64,000 bases of DNA from an uncultured virus (IMG/VR IMGVR_UViG_3300009509_000003) (IMGVR_UViG_3300009509_000003); one strand, 5' to 3'. Counted from the first letter of the stretch, positions 34,722 to 44,981 are shown. The notes: a model not told the origin generated them from the sequence alone. Program-made: numbers and translations.

Positions 34722-35714
34722 TTACGCGGCTTCGCGCATCGGGAGATGCTTGGAGAGGTCGATCACCTCGCCTCGATTCCCGAGATCGGCGTGCATGTTG
34801 GCCAGCTCAATCAGCGACGTGTCGTCGTTCTCGAGATGGAGCTTCTGTGCGGCCAAATCATCGAAGTTCGGCAGATGCGTTCCAGGGTGCACGCAGTACT
34901 TGCGAAGCACTTTCCCGTCAGGTCCTACGAGGTCGACGTTGCCTACGCGACCTCGACGAAGCCTGTAGATGCTGCCGGATTTACCCATGACCAGGAACCA
35001 ATCTTCCTGCTCCAACGAAGCACGTTGCGCTGGGGATAGGAGCGATTCGAGGAGAGCCCGCGCTTCGAGCCGAGCTACTTCGAGCTTCTTCTCTTCTTCC
35101 TGGCGCTGTCGTGCCCACCGCTGTTGACGCTCTTCCCACTCGCGCTGCTCGCGCTCCATGGCTGCGCGCCGTTCATCTAGAAGCTCTCGCGCCCGCGCCT
35201 GTTGCTCGGGAGTCATGCGGAGCTGTTCGTCGGTCACCTGGAAGTGCGGATTGAACGATACCGTCACGCTACCATTCCAGTTGCCCCAGACGCGCGTCGT
35301 GGAGTCGGTAATGATCCCGCTTCCGACGTTCCAATAGTTCCACGCCCCGTCATTACTCGCGGTCGCAGTCACCGTGTCGCCGCTCGTCCATATCGACCAC
35401 GTGGTGGCTGCACTTTCGGCGGTGTTGACTGTGAGTCCTCCAGGGGTAGTGTTCCACCATGTCCATGTGTCTCGCATAGCTGCCTCTCGTATGTAGTTGT
35501 CCGTGATGCGGCCGATCTCGGCCAGGACCTCCGGAGTTTGTGGCCGACCCACGAAGCCGTCGAGGGAGGCCTGCAGTTGTGTCCTGCTCACGGAAAACCT
35601 GTGCCCGTATCGGTCCATGAGGACGACCGTGTCATCCACGATCTCCCCATTCGCATCGATGGAAGGGGAGCGGGACTCAACAGCCAGTTCAACTCCGGGA
35701 AGGGGCAGCTTCAC
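34722..35714 (-). CDS. Hypothetical protein with Trp/Thr-rich repeats, coiled coil and CxH motif
   Basis: GTG overlaps the upstream stop; YCVHP..DDLAAQKL. Confidence 0.65.
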   Translation of the reverse strand: MKLPLPGVELAVESRSPSIDANGEIVDDTVVLMDRYGHRFSVSRTQLQASLDGFVGRPQTPEVLAEIGRITDNYIREAAMRDTWTWWNTTPGGLTVNTAESAATTWSIWTSGDTVTATASNDGAWNYWNVGSGIITDSTTRVWGNWNGSVTVSFNPHFQVTDEQLRMTPEQQARARELLDERRAAMEREQREWEERQQRWARQRQEEEKKLEVARLEARALLESLLSPAQRASLEQEDWFLVMGKSGSIYRLRRGRVGNVDLVGPDGKVLRKYCVHPGTHLPNFDDLAAQKLHLENDDTSLIELANMHADLGNRGEVIDLSKHLPMREAA

Positions 35715-35992
35715 CCGGCCTTCATTGGAGGGACGAGGATTACCTTGCCCGCCTTGGGATCGAAGGTTGTCATCCGAGTAGACTTCTCGCCGTCCTCCCC
35801 GACCCGGAACGCGGAGTAGCGTCCGTTTGTCACGAGCTTGTCGAAGGTCGCTTGTGCAGCCTCGACCTCTTCCGGCTTTGCTGGATCCCAGATGGTCTTG
35901 GTGTCGCCTGTGGCGTCCATTAGGAAGAAAGCTCCCCCGCCGTTGCGAATGTGGGCCTCTGCGGCGGACCTGTCCACGCTTTGCAGTTCCAT
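35711..35992 (-). CDS. Small ubiquitin-like-sized protein ending PPMKAG
   Basis: AGGAG RBS; VILVPPMKAG C-terminus. Confidence 0.65.
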   Translation of the reverse strand: MELQSVDRSAAEAHIRNGGGAFFLMDATGDTKTIWDPAKPEEVEAAQATFDKLVTNGRYSAFRVGEDGEKSTRMTTFDPKAGKVILVPPMKAG

Positions 35993-36054
35993 CTCTCATC
36001 TCCTTGTCCTCACTGTCGTCCGTTATGACGGCTTCTCGCCGTACTCTTTTTCGT

Positions 36055-36084
36055 TACCACATAGCCTGCAACGTGTCAATGGCA
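36055..36084 (-). promoter_or_regulatory. Repeated phage promoter
   Basis: TGCCATTGAC-N10-CTATGTGGTA. Confidence 0.65.
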
Positions 36085-36324
36085 AAGGCGCTGGCGGTAG
36101 TAGTGCTTCCGTTTGCAGCTCTCAGAGCAGTAGAGCTGGAGGGGATGGCACACTTCAAAGGGGCGCTCGCAGTGCCTACAGAGGCGTGGATGGTAGGGGA
36201 ACCCGTAGTTCTCGATAGAGATGCCCAATTTACGCGCCCGATACGCCTTGAATCGGCAATTTGCCGAGCAATAGGTCTTCCGGGCGCCGTCAAACGGCGT
36301 TCCGCAGACAGGGCACGATCTCAT
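36076..36324 (-). CDS. Zinc-finger protein
   Basis: CPVCG..YCSANC; CRHC..YCSESC. Confidence 0.6.
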   Translation of the reverse strand: MRSCPVCGTPFDGARKTYCSANCRFKAYRARKLGISIENYGFPYHPRLCRHCERPFEVCHPLQLYCSESCKRKHYYRQRLCH

Positions 36325-36515
36325 TCCGGCTCCTCGACAAACTCCCTCACCGGCCCAACGCCGACTTCAGCGAGCCACTTGCAGTCCCAGCAAATGTAGA
36401 ACATGGGATCGTGGGTGAGTGCGTAGTTCACAGTCGAGAGCAGCACAACGGGCTTGCCACATTTCGGACAGAACGAGTCCTCGGTCTGAATGGTCGTGTA
36501 CGGTTCTCTAGGCAT
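36321..36515 (-). CDS. Small zinc-ribbon protein
   Basis: CPKCG..CWDC. Confidence 0.55.
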   Translation of the reverse strand: MPREPYTTIQTEDSFCPKCGKPVVLLSTVNYALTHDPMFYICWDCKWLAEVGVGPVREFVEEPE

Positions 36516-36518
36516 GGT

Positions 36519-36884
36519 CTACTCCAGGTCGGATGGGTGCTTCTCGAATAGTTCGGCGATGCCCTCGCGTATCTGGTCCTTCACCGAGTCAAGTCTCTCT
36601 TGGATCTGCTCCAATCGCGCGTGAAGCTCGTCTTGCTGGTCTTCGACCATCCTCTGTGCAGACCCATAAGTCTCGTCGTCCACATACGACAACTCGCCAA
36701 ACCCACCCAGGGAGTAGCCGATAAGCTGCGCGAACTGGATGCGATCGTCTCGGGAGACATCCCACCTCGCGATAGCGTTCATATCGAATGGGCCCTCTTC
36801 AAGGAGTTTGCAGACGATCTCGTTTCGCTTGAATCGGAGCCGATCGTGTTTGTCCTTCTCCAGGGGTTGTATTGGGTGCTTCAT
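36519..36884 (-). CDS. Hypothetical phage protein
   Basis: GGAGG RBS; HPIQP..QFAQLIGYS. Confidence 0.65.
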   Translation of the reverse strand: MKHPIQPLEKDKHDRLRFKRNEIVCKLLEEGPFDMNAIARWDVSRDDRIQFAQLIGYSLGGFGELSYVDDETYGSAQRMVEDQQDELHARLEQIQERLDSVKDQIREGIAELFEKHPSDLE

Positions 36885-36894
36885 CTCTCCTCCT

Positions 36895-37146
36895 TCACGG
36901 TCCCACGCCAGTCTCGGAGGCGTCTTCGCCTCTCCATTGTCCCTCAGTCTTGGCGCGCTCAAACACTTCCTCGAACTCTCGAAGTTCTTTCTCGGCTTCG
37001 GCGAGGTCGCGCTTGAGGCAGGCGCTGTCGTAACTCTCTTCTGAGCACTCTTTTATCTCGTGTTGATGCCACTCAACGGCGTTTTTCAATTTGGCGTGCT
37101 CGCGTCGCGCCAACACCATGAGAAGTCGCTTCTCTCCCGGGCTCAT
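36895..37146 (-). CDS. Hypothetical protein
   Basis: Packed ORF. Confidence 0.5.
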   Translation of the reverse strand: MSPGEKRLLMVLARREHAKLKNAVEWHQHEIKECSEESYDSACLKRDLAEAEKELREFEEVFERAKTEGQWRGEDASETGVGP

Positions 37147-37154
37147 GCTTCACC

Positions 37155-37529
37155 TCAGTTCAGGTAGCTGAAATCGGCCGGCGGAAGGATGCCCTTGTGC
37201 GCCATGGCCATGATCAGCTGAACCTTGTTTTTCACGACATACGAGTTCTCGTAGATGCGATCGAGAATAGCCCTATCAAAGACCTTGTCGTTGTGAGCAT
37301 CGGTAAACTCTGTCCACAAGGTCAGAGTGAGCTGAAGCTGGTTCTTGTTTTTGTACCTACCGATGGTGTAGACGAACTCTTTTCCGTTCGTTCGCAGCAC
37401 GACACCGAGCTGGTTCAGGTTGTCGCTGTAGACGTAGATGTTTTCAGCGTCGAAACCCATGGCCATGAAGACTTGGTGCGCGGCCCACATCTCCAATACT
37501 TCTCTGGGGAATTTTCTCGGGTCGATCAT
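37155..37529 (-). CDS. Hypothetical protein
   Basis: Coupled ORF. Confidence 0.6.
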   Translation of the reverse strand: MIDPRKFPREVLEMWAAHQVFMAMGFDAENIYVYSDNLNQLGVVLRTNGKEFVYTIGRYKNKNQLQLTLTLWTEFTDAHNDKVFDRAILDRIYENSYVVKNKVQLIMAMAHKGILPPADFSYLN

Positions 37530-37744
37530 CTCCGCCCTTGCTCCTTGCGCCAACACGGGTGGCAGATGTTGCTAGTACCGTGAGCAAGTTTTCCCCCGCA
37601 CACGCGGCAACGAGAGTAGGGGGCGTCCCATTTACGCTCTCCAGTCTCGACCAGTTGCCGTCGACAATTGGCGCATACTGAGCTGCCCCAAGACGTGACC
37701 GTTGTTTCTCGGCCACAGTGCGGACAATAGGCCCTCTGAGTCAT
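37526..37744 (-). CDS. Zinc-finger protein
   Basis: Four CxxC pairs. Confidence 0.55.
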   Translation of the reverse strand: MTQRAYCPHCGRETTVTSWGSSVCANCRRQLVETGERKWDAPYSRCRVCGGKLAHGTSNICHPCWRKEQGRR

Positions 37745-37974
37745 GATTCCCTCCTGGTTTCGGCAACGGCCTTCACGAAGCTCTTGAGGGGATCGTGCCC
37801 CTCGTTGATGAGGTGGGCGATTGGAATCCAGTAGTCCTTCTTGCCGTTCTTTCCCCGGCGAACTCGGACCTTATCCCCGTCGATCTCCTGGATCGGGCCG
37901 CCCGTGCGCGTCATGCCGTGGCGCATACAGTGAATCCACTCCACCCACTGCCCTACTTCGTATCTCGTAGCCAT
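37741..37974 (-). CDS. Small hypothetical protein
   Basis: Coupled ORF. Confidence 0.55.
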   Translation of the reverse strand: MATRYEVGQWVEWIHCMRHGMTRTGGPIQEIDGDKVRVRRGKNGKKDYWIPIAHLINEGHDPLKSFVKAVAETRRES

Positions 37975-39608
37975 TAGAACCTCCCCATCCCACCTACGGG
38001 AGCTTTCAGCCAGTTGCCCAGTGAGTCAGGCGAGCCCACTCGACGGTCCTTTGTCGCCTTTTCGAGCTTCGCTTGCAGCTCGTCGATGCGCTCTTGTATG
38101 CCTTCCGGCGTCCTAAAGTAGGCGTGGCGCTCATCAACGAGCTGCTGCCCCTTCGCTACGAGTCCCGCTTTGTCTGACTCGCACTCCGCCAGCCTCTCAT
38201 CGAGTGTGAGCTGCTTCGTGTAGACCGGCTTCGGCGGCGGAGGCGGCTCGGGCACGCCCACGTGCACGGGATAGCCCCGGCACTTCGTGTGATACATCGA
38301 GTCCCAGTCCCCATTCAGCGGCAGTCCCCTTCGCTTCTGGATGGAAGTGATGTGAAATACGAGGCGCTCGGTCTTGTCTGCCGGGTTCCAGAACGGGTTC
38401 TTGCTCTTCTTGTTCTTGTCCTTGTTGTAGAACTGGATATTCGGGAGGGGGCGCTTGTGTAGGAAGCGGCAGTTCACAAACTCCAATCCCTCGGGTCCTG
38501 GCTCGTCGACTCGGATGATCATCGGGGCCCATTCGCAGTCCGACTCCTGGACCTGGGGGATGAAGGTGTCATCGTATATGTCGCAGTTCCGGCAGATCGT
38601 TCTGCTGTAGCCCGCGCGCTTATTGGCATACCGCTCGCTGAATATCTTGGAATAGTCGAGCTTCGCGTCCTGTATCGTCGCGCACCCCTGCCCATACGTA
38701 GCCTCGTTGCTCTTTCCGATGTTGATAGGGCCTTTGTGGAACTTCACGTTCATCTCCCGGCTCAGCTTATCGATCTTCTCGACGTGCAGATAGTCTTTGT
38801 CGACCTTCTGGAAGGTGCAGTCGATGAAGAACATGTTCTTGGGGCCAAACTCCCAGCTATTGCGATCGACCTCGCACATATCGCAGTTCTCGAAGGAACC
38901 GCTGTGTCCGCTGGGTATTTCGACCGAGGCTAGGATGTTGCAGTCGAAGTAGTAGTAGTTCTTGTCCGGGTGCTTCTCCGCCGCTGCTCTCTCAGCTCGG
39001 TAGGAGGCGTCGCACTTGCGCAAGACCTTGGCCTTGTGGAACTCGCACTCCTCGAACAGGAGATTGTCTGGCAGCTCTTTGTCTATATATTCAAGCGCTC
39101 TCAAACACCCGCCGCTGCAATTCAGGTAGTGTTTTGAGTTTATCTGCCGCCTGATTGGCTCGTCCACGTCGATGCGGCACTTTCTGTAGGCGAACTTGGT
39201 GTGGGGCGCGAGGAGCGCTTGCCTGATCGCACCGGAGTATAAATACCGCGTGTGCTCGATCTCGGTCTCAACGGGATACTTTTTGTCCTTGATCTCGACC
39301 GTTCCTCTAGGCGGTTCCACGGGCTCAGTAGCGATGCCCGACTTCGTGGAGATGAACCTGCAGTCGATGAAGAAGAGATTGCGAAGTACATCGGTCGTTC
39401 GCCGCATGTGCACGTCATGCTCGATCACAATCCGACTGTGAGGTCTGAACGCGCTTTCATAGGGAACTATTTCGACCTCTTCGTCTTCCTCTACGAGGAT
39501 GCGGCAGAACTCGAAGATGTGTTCTCGGTCTGGAAATCGCTTCGCGTGCGCGATCACGTCCGAGTAGCGGTAGTGCCCGTTCACGTGGCGTCCGTCATAA
39601 GGCATCAT
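37974..39608 (-). CDS. Hypothetical protein with recurring N(L/M)xFxxCxF motifs
   Basis: NLFFIDCRF, NLLFEECEF, NMFFIDCTF, GLEFVNCRF. Confidence 0.7.
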   Translation of the reverse strand: MMPYDGRHVNGHYRYSDVIAHAKRFPDREHIFEFCRILVEEDEEVEIVPYESAFRPHSRIVIEHDVHMRRTTDVLRNLFFIDCRFISTKSGIATEPVEPPRGTVEIKDKKYPVETEIEHTRYLYSGAIRQALLAPHTKFAYRKCRIDVDEPIRRQINSKHYLNCSGGCLRALEYIDKELPDNLLFEECEFHKAKVLRKCDASYRAERAAAEKHPDKNYYYFDCNILASVEIPSGHSGSFENCDMCEVDRNSWEFGPKNMFFIDCTFQKVDKDYLHVEKIDKLSREMNVKFHKGPINIGKSNEATYGQGCATIQDAKLDYSKIFSERYANKRAGYSRTICRNCDIYDDTFIPQVQESDCEWAPMIIRVDEPGPEGLEFVNCRFLHKRPLPNIQFYNKDKNKKSKNPFWNPADKTERLVFHITSIQKRRGLPLNGDWDSMYHTKCRGYPVHVGVPEPPPPPKPVYTKQLTLDERLAECESDKAGLVAKGQQLVDERHAYFRTPEGIQERIDELQAKLEKATKDRRVGSPDSLGNWLKAPVGGMGRF

Positions 39609-39854
39609 GTTTCCTCCCCACTCACGCTCTTGGTCAGAATTCGTTTTGACATTTCACTTCCTCTATCGGCTCTACAGCGCACTTTGGGCACTCGATCCAT
39701 TCGCCGTTGTAGAGTATTTCTTTCCTGTCGCGGCACCGAGCGCATTTATGCTCAGGGTTTGGCTTGATATCGCCTCCGAGGTCCACGTCCATGAGCTTCG
39801 ACAGGGCTTCCAAAGCGTCCTCCCGCTCCCGACGTTTTCTTTTTTCCCGGCTCA

Positions 39855-40631
39855 TCACTTGTCCGCGCATTCTATGTCAGAGTAGACGACGCCGTCACAC
39901 ACCATCCCCGACGGAACCCAACCCGCGCCTTTGACGAAAGCTTCGGCGGCTTCCCTGGAGTAGGGGGATTCGCCCGACTTCTGCTTCCAAAGATCGCCGA
40001 CGGTACAGAGATGCTCGATCAGCTCTTCGGCCGTCGCAAACACTGGGGTGATCGGCGACCCCTCGGAGACGGTCTCCCAGACCTGCCAGCCCTCGCCCTT
40101 CGGAGGTTCGATATTCTCCCAGTCCTCGTGCGCCTGTTTGATTTCAGGGGAAGCCCACAGGACGCCCTCGCCCCCGCATATGGAGCACTCCACTTGGATG
40201 CCCCGCTTCTCCGCGCGATGCCGGCAGACGGTCCAGCAGTTACACGAGTCGTGGAGCAGCACATTGCGCTTCGCTACCTCGTTCACTTCGGCCGCGGTGG
40301 GGTAGTACTTGGAGCCGTCCTCGTTCAGCTTGGCAACCCACCCGTGCTCCGAGTCGTAGGTGTGGGTGATATCGCGCAGACGGTTTTTGTCCACGAGGAG
40401 ATTGACCTCTTCCTGGGTGAGTTCGTATTGACTGCCGACGTAGCGTCCGAGAGAATAGCCTTTCGCGTCGAACCCGTACCAGTCCCTCTCGAGGGCTCGG
40501 TACTCGGGCGTATAGCCTCGCCCATCGCAGGAGTCACACTTCACCCCGCGATAGGGGTTCACGTAGCCTGCCCACGTTTGGTCCAGCGGCCAGTTGAAAT
40601 CGAGCGGCACCCTCTTTATCTCTCGTCCCAT
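39855..40631 (-). CDS. Hypothetical phage protein with DnaJ-like CxxCxGxG motifs
   Basis: CDSCDGRG, CSICGGEG, WETVSEGSPITPVF. Confidence 0.7.
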   Translation of the reverse strand: MGREIKRVPLDFNWPLDQTWAGYVNPYRGVKCDSCDGRGYTPEYRALERDWYGFDAKGYSLGRYVGSQYELTQEEVNLLVDKNRLRDITHTYDSEHGWVAKLNEDGSKYYPTAAEVNEVAKRNVLLHDSCNCWTVCRHRAEKRGIQVECSICGGEGVLWASPEIKQAHEDWENIEPPKGEGWQVWETVSEGSPITPVFATAEELIEHLCTVGDLWKQKSGESPYSREAAEAFVKGAGWVPSGMVCDGVVYSDIECADK

Positions 40632-41428
40632 TAGTGTTCTCCCCGATCGAGCCCGCTTCTCAGGTTCCATCTCTTGGCAGCCATTTTCCTCGACTCCCCT
40701 TCTGGTCCAGTGGCGGAGCAGCTCGAACACTCGGCCCACCAGTTATTCCCATTGTCGAAGAAGCTGCTACACAGATGGACATCCACATCCCCACAGAAGG
40801 GGCAGGCTCGGAGCTTTCCCTTCGAGCGGATCGCCTCCAGCTCTTCCTCGGCCTTGCGAAGCTCGGAGCTGAGCCATTGGTTGTGCTTTAGCTGCTCTTG
40901 AAGGGCTCGTTCCAGCTCATATTTCGGAGCGTTCGGAACCTCGATCTTCTCGGCGGCGTTGATGTTCCCGACGGCGATGCCCGGACCCTCCACAAATTCG
41001 GTGATGGGTCCTACATCGAGGGGCGGACCCTTCTTCTCTTCCCGCTCCCGCTTGTTCCAAGGCTTGAAGTTCAGGAGGGTCCGCACGCTGGGAAACATGC
41101 CCTCGAAGAGGAAGCACCGATCATCGATCGTGAGATAGGCCGCCGGTTTCTGCGTCGGGAACCGGAGATTGTTGAGCACCCTCTCGGGCAGACCCTGTTT
41201 GGTGAACCACTTCTTCATGGCCTCTATCCCTATGTCGTGTCGGGACCGGCTCGAATAGATGCACAGCTCGAACGATGGTCTACCGTTCTCCTCCCTGTGC
41301 CCATCCAGCTCGATGAGCCATCCGAAGGCGTGGGGAACGGGGGGATCGGGTATCGTCATCGCGTCCACCCAGGGGCTCGTATAGGAATGAATTACTCCGT
41401 CAAAGTCGATACACAACGTCCGGGTCAT
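40631..41428 (-). CDS. HAD-family phosphatase fused to a Lar-like zinc ribbon
   Basis: IDFDGVIH..KP..IDDR; CPFCG..CSSC..KRWN. Confidence 0.75.
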   Translation of the reverse strand: MTRTLCIDFDGVIHSYTSPWVDAMTIPDPPVPHAFGWLIELDGHREENGRPSFELCIYSSRSRHDIGIEAMKKWFTKQGLPERVLNNLRFPTQKPAAYLTIDDRCFLFEGMFPSVRTLLNFKPWNKREREEKKGPPLDVGPITEFVEGPGIAVGNINAAEKIEVPNAPKYELERALQEQLKHNQWLSSELRKAEEELEAIRSKGKLRACPFCGDVDVHLCSSFFDNGNNWWAECSSCSATGPEGESRKMAAKRWNLRSGLDRGEH

Positions 41429-41451
41429 CGCCACCTCCGTCATTCGAGGCG

Positions 41452-41481
41452 TACCATATAGCGAACGCCTCGTCAAGGGCA
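41452..41481 (-). promoter_or_regulatory. Repeated phage promoter
   Basis: TGCCCTTGAC-N10-CTATATGGTA. Confidence 0.6.
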
Positions 41482-41491
41482 AACATTTATG

Positions 41492-42544
41492 CTACAGGTC
41501 GATGATCGACTTCTTCGTCTTGGCCGGAGCTTGAACTGTGGAGCCCGTTCCGCTCTGCGCCACCGTCATCGATTTCTTGATCGACCGGATGTTGATGTCG
41601 GCGAAAGCAGTGTCCTTCTGGCGCGCGATGAAGTCGGCCATGAACGTGTCGCCCTGTCCGACGGAGTTCGCGACGAGAAGCAGCGCGGTGTCGACGATCC
41701 GCTCTTTGAACTCGATCGGTATGACTCGCTCCGCGCCCACAAGGGCTTGCCACATCTCCTTGAACTTCGGCCGGTCCTGGTAGTTCATCAGACCAGAGCC
41801 CTCGCAGAAGATGCAGTAAACTTCGGCGCGGTCCCGGAGCATCTTGATCGCGGACTCCGTGTCCGTGGGATACTCACCCGTGTTCGGGAAGTAACGATCG
41901 ACCTCGTGCACCTCGGTCTTCATATAGGGCCGCTCGTCGGTCGCGACCATGACCCAGACGTTGGTCGCCTTGGACGTGTCGACCATGCGCAAGACGTGCT
42001 GCAGGACGAGCTGAGACGATTCGATGCCGTTGCCCGCCCCGCCTTGCGCTTCCAAGGCCCCGAGGTAGTCGGCCAGCACGCTGTCAGAGCCGAAGTCCGG
42101 CGCCACCATCAGAGGGGCGGGGTCGCCCATGGGACCGTCGCCGAAACCGAGGATCAGAATCTCGATGTCGTCGGTCCCTGTGTACTTCTTCATCAGCTCG
42201 ATCATGCCTTCGCCGCGGCTGATGACTTCGTGAGGCCAGTCCGCCATCGAACCAGTCATGTCGAGACCGAAGATGAGCACGTTCTTCGCCTTCGAGACGA
42301 GTTTTCGCCCCGGGCTCAGGTCCACGTTGTGCCGGCTCACACGTCGCGCGCGAGGGGCCTGCATGCTCTGATTGCGGTCCTGGTTTCCCCGTCCTCGGTT
42401 CGGATCGCCGCTCGTGACGCCGGACCACGGCTGAGACGGCCCATTGTAGGCGTCTCGAGACGAGTCGTATGCACTCGATCTGTCGTTGGAGTCGTCCGAA
42501 TACCCCTTGTCGCGGGCACCGGACCATCCGCCCATTCCACTCAT
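41492..42544 (-). CDS. VWA-domain protein
   Basis: GLDMTGSM, GGAGNGIES, ATDE. Confidence 0.75.
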   Translation of the reverse strand: MSGMGGWSGARDKGYSDDSNDRSSAYDSSRDAYNGPSQPWSGVTSGDPNRGRGNQDRNQSMQAPRARRVSRHNVDLSPGRKLVSKAKNVLIFGLDMTGSMADWPHEVISRGEGMIELMKKYTGTDDIEILILGFGDGPMGDPAPLMVAPDFGSDSVLADYLGALEAQGGAGNGIESSQLVLQHVLRMVDTSKATNVWVMVATDERPYMKTEVHEVDRYFPNTGEYPTDTESAIKMLRDRAEVYCIFCEGSGLMNYQDRPKFKEMWQALVGAERVIPIEFKERIVDTALLLVANSVGQGDTFMADFIARQKDTAFADINIRSIKKSMTVAQSGTGSTVQAPAKTKKSIIDL

Positions 42545-43398
42545 TGCTTTCGTCCTTTCTTCAGGAAGCCGTCCACGTCGTCCGGTGTCCTGACAATCGT
42601 TCCTTCTCGTAACTTCAATATCTCTCGGCTCTCACCGCGCCCCAGTTGGTCTCGTCGGAACTCGGCGATCTGTCTCTGCACTTCGTGTGCGCTTCCCGGT
42701 CGCGCCGTCGGGTCACGGCGAATCATGGCTTCTATAATCTCGGCCAGGCGGGGGTGCATATCCTTCGGCGGGATGCCGCTGTCGAGGCAGGGGTCTCCGC
42801 CGGCCAAGTAGAGAGCGCTCTTCCCGAGTGAATAGATGTCGGACTCGGGGATCGGCGGCCTCCCATTGGCAAACTCCGGCGGGATGTAGACGGGCGTCCC
42901 TCCCTTCGCGCGCATCTGACTCCCAGTTCCCCGAACGGCCATGCCGAAGTCGACCAACACGATGTTGTGCTCGGCGAGCTGGATCATCATGTTCTCGGGT
43001 TTGATGTCGCCGTGAACTACTGTGTGGTAGTGCATATAGGCGAACGCCTTCAGGCAGACCTGCAGCATCCAGCAAATGTGCTCGTCGTCGATGAACCCGT
43101 AGCGTTCGACGAAGGTCTGCAGGTTCATGCCGTCGATGAAGTTCATGGCGATGAACTGGTAGGTCTCTCCGTCAATCCTCTCCTCGAAGTAGTCTTTGAC
43201 GGGTACGATGGACTCGTGGTGAAGGTCCCAGAGGATCATCGCCTCCTGTTTGAAGAGTTTTACCGCGTCAGGGTGTCCCGTCGCCTCCTGCTTCAGGCAC
43301 ACCTTCTTCCCCGTCGGAATGTGCTCCGCCAGCATCGTCATTCCAAAAGCCCCTTCCCCGAGCTTCTTCATGAGTCGGTACGCTCCAACGGTTTTCAT
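42541..43398 (-). CDS. Hanks-type Ser/Thr protein kinase
   Basis: LGEGAFG, HGDIKPEN, DFG, GTPVYIPPE, SDIYSLG. Confidence 0.92.
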   Translation of the reverse strand: MKTVGAYRLMKKLGEGAFGMTMLAEHIPTGKKVCLKQEATGHPDAVKLFKQEAMILWDLHHESIVPVKDYFEERIDGETYQFIAMNFIDGMNLQTFVERYGFIDDEHICWMLQVCLKAFAYMHYHTVVHGDIKPENMMIQLAEHNIVLVDFGMAVRGTGSQMRAKGGTPVYIPPEFANGRPPIPESDIYSLGKSALYLAGGDPCLDSGIPPKDMHPRLAEIIEAMIRRDPTARPGSAHEVQRQIAEFRRDQLGRGESREILKLREGTIVRTPDDVDGFLKKGRKQ

Positions 43399-44371
43399 GT
43401 TTCCTCCGATGATCCAGTACGTCTTTCCAGAGCAGGGCGTTGCCGTCAGAATATCGGGCCTCCGCCCATCTTCCGGAGTGTGAATCGATCAGCTCGGACT
43501 CGAGGTCGTGGGTGCCGGGCATGAAGATCACGTTCCAATTCGCCAAGGGGCCTACGATATCGAGTTTGTTGTCCACGAGGTAGATGAACTTGGCATCCGT
43601 CTTCTTGAGGAACTGCCGACGATGCCGATCCATATATGGCTTCGCCAGTCGCATCATTTCTTTCCGGTCGCCTTTGTCGACGATTTTGCGGTGGAGCTTT
43701 CTCGTGCCCGAGAGGTTCGCGCTGAGCGCTTCTATCATCTCGTCAGCGACGAAGTAGGCGGCCGACTTCACCTGCGACGCGGCGAAGTGCTTGGCATATT
43801 TGGTCTTGCCTGATTCGTGCGCCCCCACCACTGCTACGCGATACTGCCCGAGGATGATCTCCTCCATCGCGGCTTTGGTGCCGGAATACACGTACCCGGA
43901 TACATCCATTCCTTCGGCGACGAGGTTCTTGATCATGGTCGACGAGACATGCGCAGTTTCTGGGCGCGCTTCTATGGTCCAGAGGCTGGTCCAGGTTGGA
44001 AGCAGGGGTCGAAGCTCCCGCGTGAAGGCGTCTATTTCTCGTTCCTCCTCCTCCTCGGTTCGGAAGCCACGAATGATGCTATCGACGCCGAAGTCGAGCG
44101 CGATATTGACCAGGGAGTGTGTGCTCGTGATGACTTCGACATCCTTCAGATACCCCGCCTCGCGGATCATGTAGTTTGCGTGTGCCCCAGCCTCTCGAAG
44201 CGGGAAGAGGTAATGCCCCTGCTTCGCCGGGTTACCGCACACGCATACGAGGACCTTATCCACGTGCGCGAGGCTCTTGACTACTACGTCGAGGTGGCCG
44301 ACGTGAAATGGATCGAAAGACCCTGCGTAGAGACCGACTGTCGGATTATCTTCTTTCATGACGTTTCCCAA
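43268..44371 (-). CDS. CoaD-like nucleotidyltransferase fused to a degenerate P-loop (CoaE-like) domain
   Basis: YAGSFDPFHVGH, IIRGFR, VSSTMIK; GAHESGKT. Confidence 0.75.
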   Translation of the reverse strand: MGNVMKEDNPTVGLYAGSFDPFHVGHLDVVVKSLAHVDKVLVCVCGNPAKQGHYLFPLREAGAHANYMIREAGYLKDVEVITSTHSLVNIALDFGVDSIIRGFRTEEEEEREIDAFTRELRPLLPTWTSLWTIEARPETAHVSSTMIKNLVAEGMDVSGYVYSGTKAAMEEIILGQYRVAVVGAHESGKTKYAKHFAASQVKSAAYFVADEMIEALSANLSGTRKLHRKIVDKGDRKEMMRLAKPYMDRHRRQFLKKTDAKFIYLVDNKLDIVGPLANWNVIFMPGTHDLESELIDSHSGRWAEARYSDGNALLWKDVLDHRRKHENRWSVPTHEEARGRGFWNDDAGGAHSDGEEGVPEAGGDGTP

Positions 44372-44981
44372 AATTTCAAAATCCCGTTTCTCCGTTTGAT
44401 CGCCGCTACTTCCGCGCCCACTGCTTCCACGCGTCAGAGCCTGGCTTCGCGCACTCGGAGCACAGGTCCTTGCCTTTGTGATACACCCACCCTTGTTTCT
44501 TCAGCTCGGCACGGACCTTTGCCGCCACAGTTCCCGATCGCTGCTCCCAATGCGAACACTCATCGCACCAGATCGTGATTTGCTTCGTAACGCTCATTTC
44601 TCCAGACCTTCTGTAAGCAGGCTCTTCCCGCACCATGGGCAATGGGACAGGGCTGGTAGGTGGGGGTTGATCCTCCACGCGTCTTTCAACCACCGGATGT
44701 GTGTTTGTGCTGATCGACAGCACTGCGGCCATTCTCCGTCGAGTCTGCCTTCTGCCAGGTCGGGCTGCAGACCGAGGAACGCCCGTAGCTGCGTAATCTC
44801 CGACGGGTCCAGCGCCCTACCGCCGGGAGACCAGCGCCCGCTCTCCAGCCGGGACGTTGCCTGCTCTTTGGACATGGGCGTGTAGTCGTCATCCCCGTGC
44901 CCGGCGAGGCAACCACCGCTAGAAGCTGCACACGTGAGGCAGGGACCGGAGCAATCTGAGAACATCTTCATCGTCTCGTCC

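Noticed and set aside
41489..42811. 440-aa plus-strand ORF (likewise 13714-15015)
   Set aside because: Antisense shadows of better-supported minus-strand genes.
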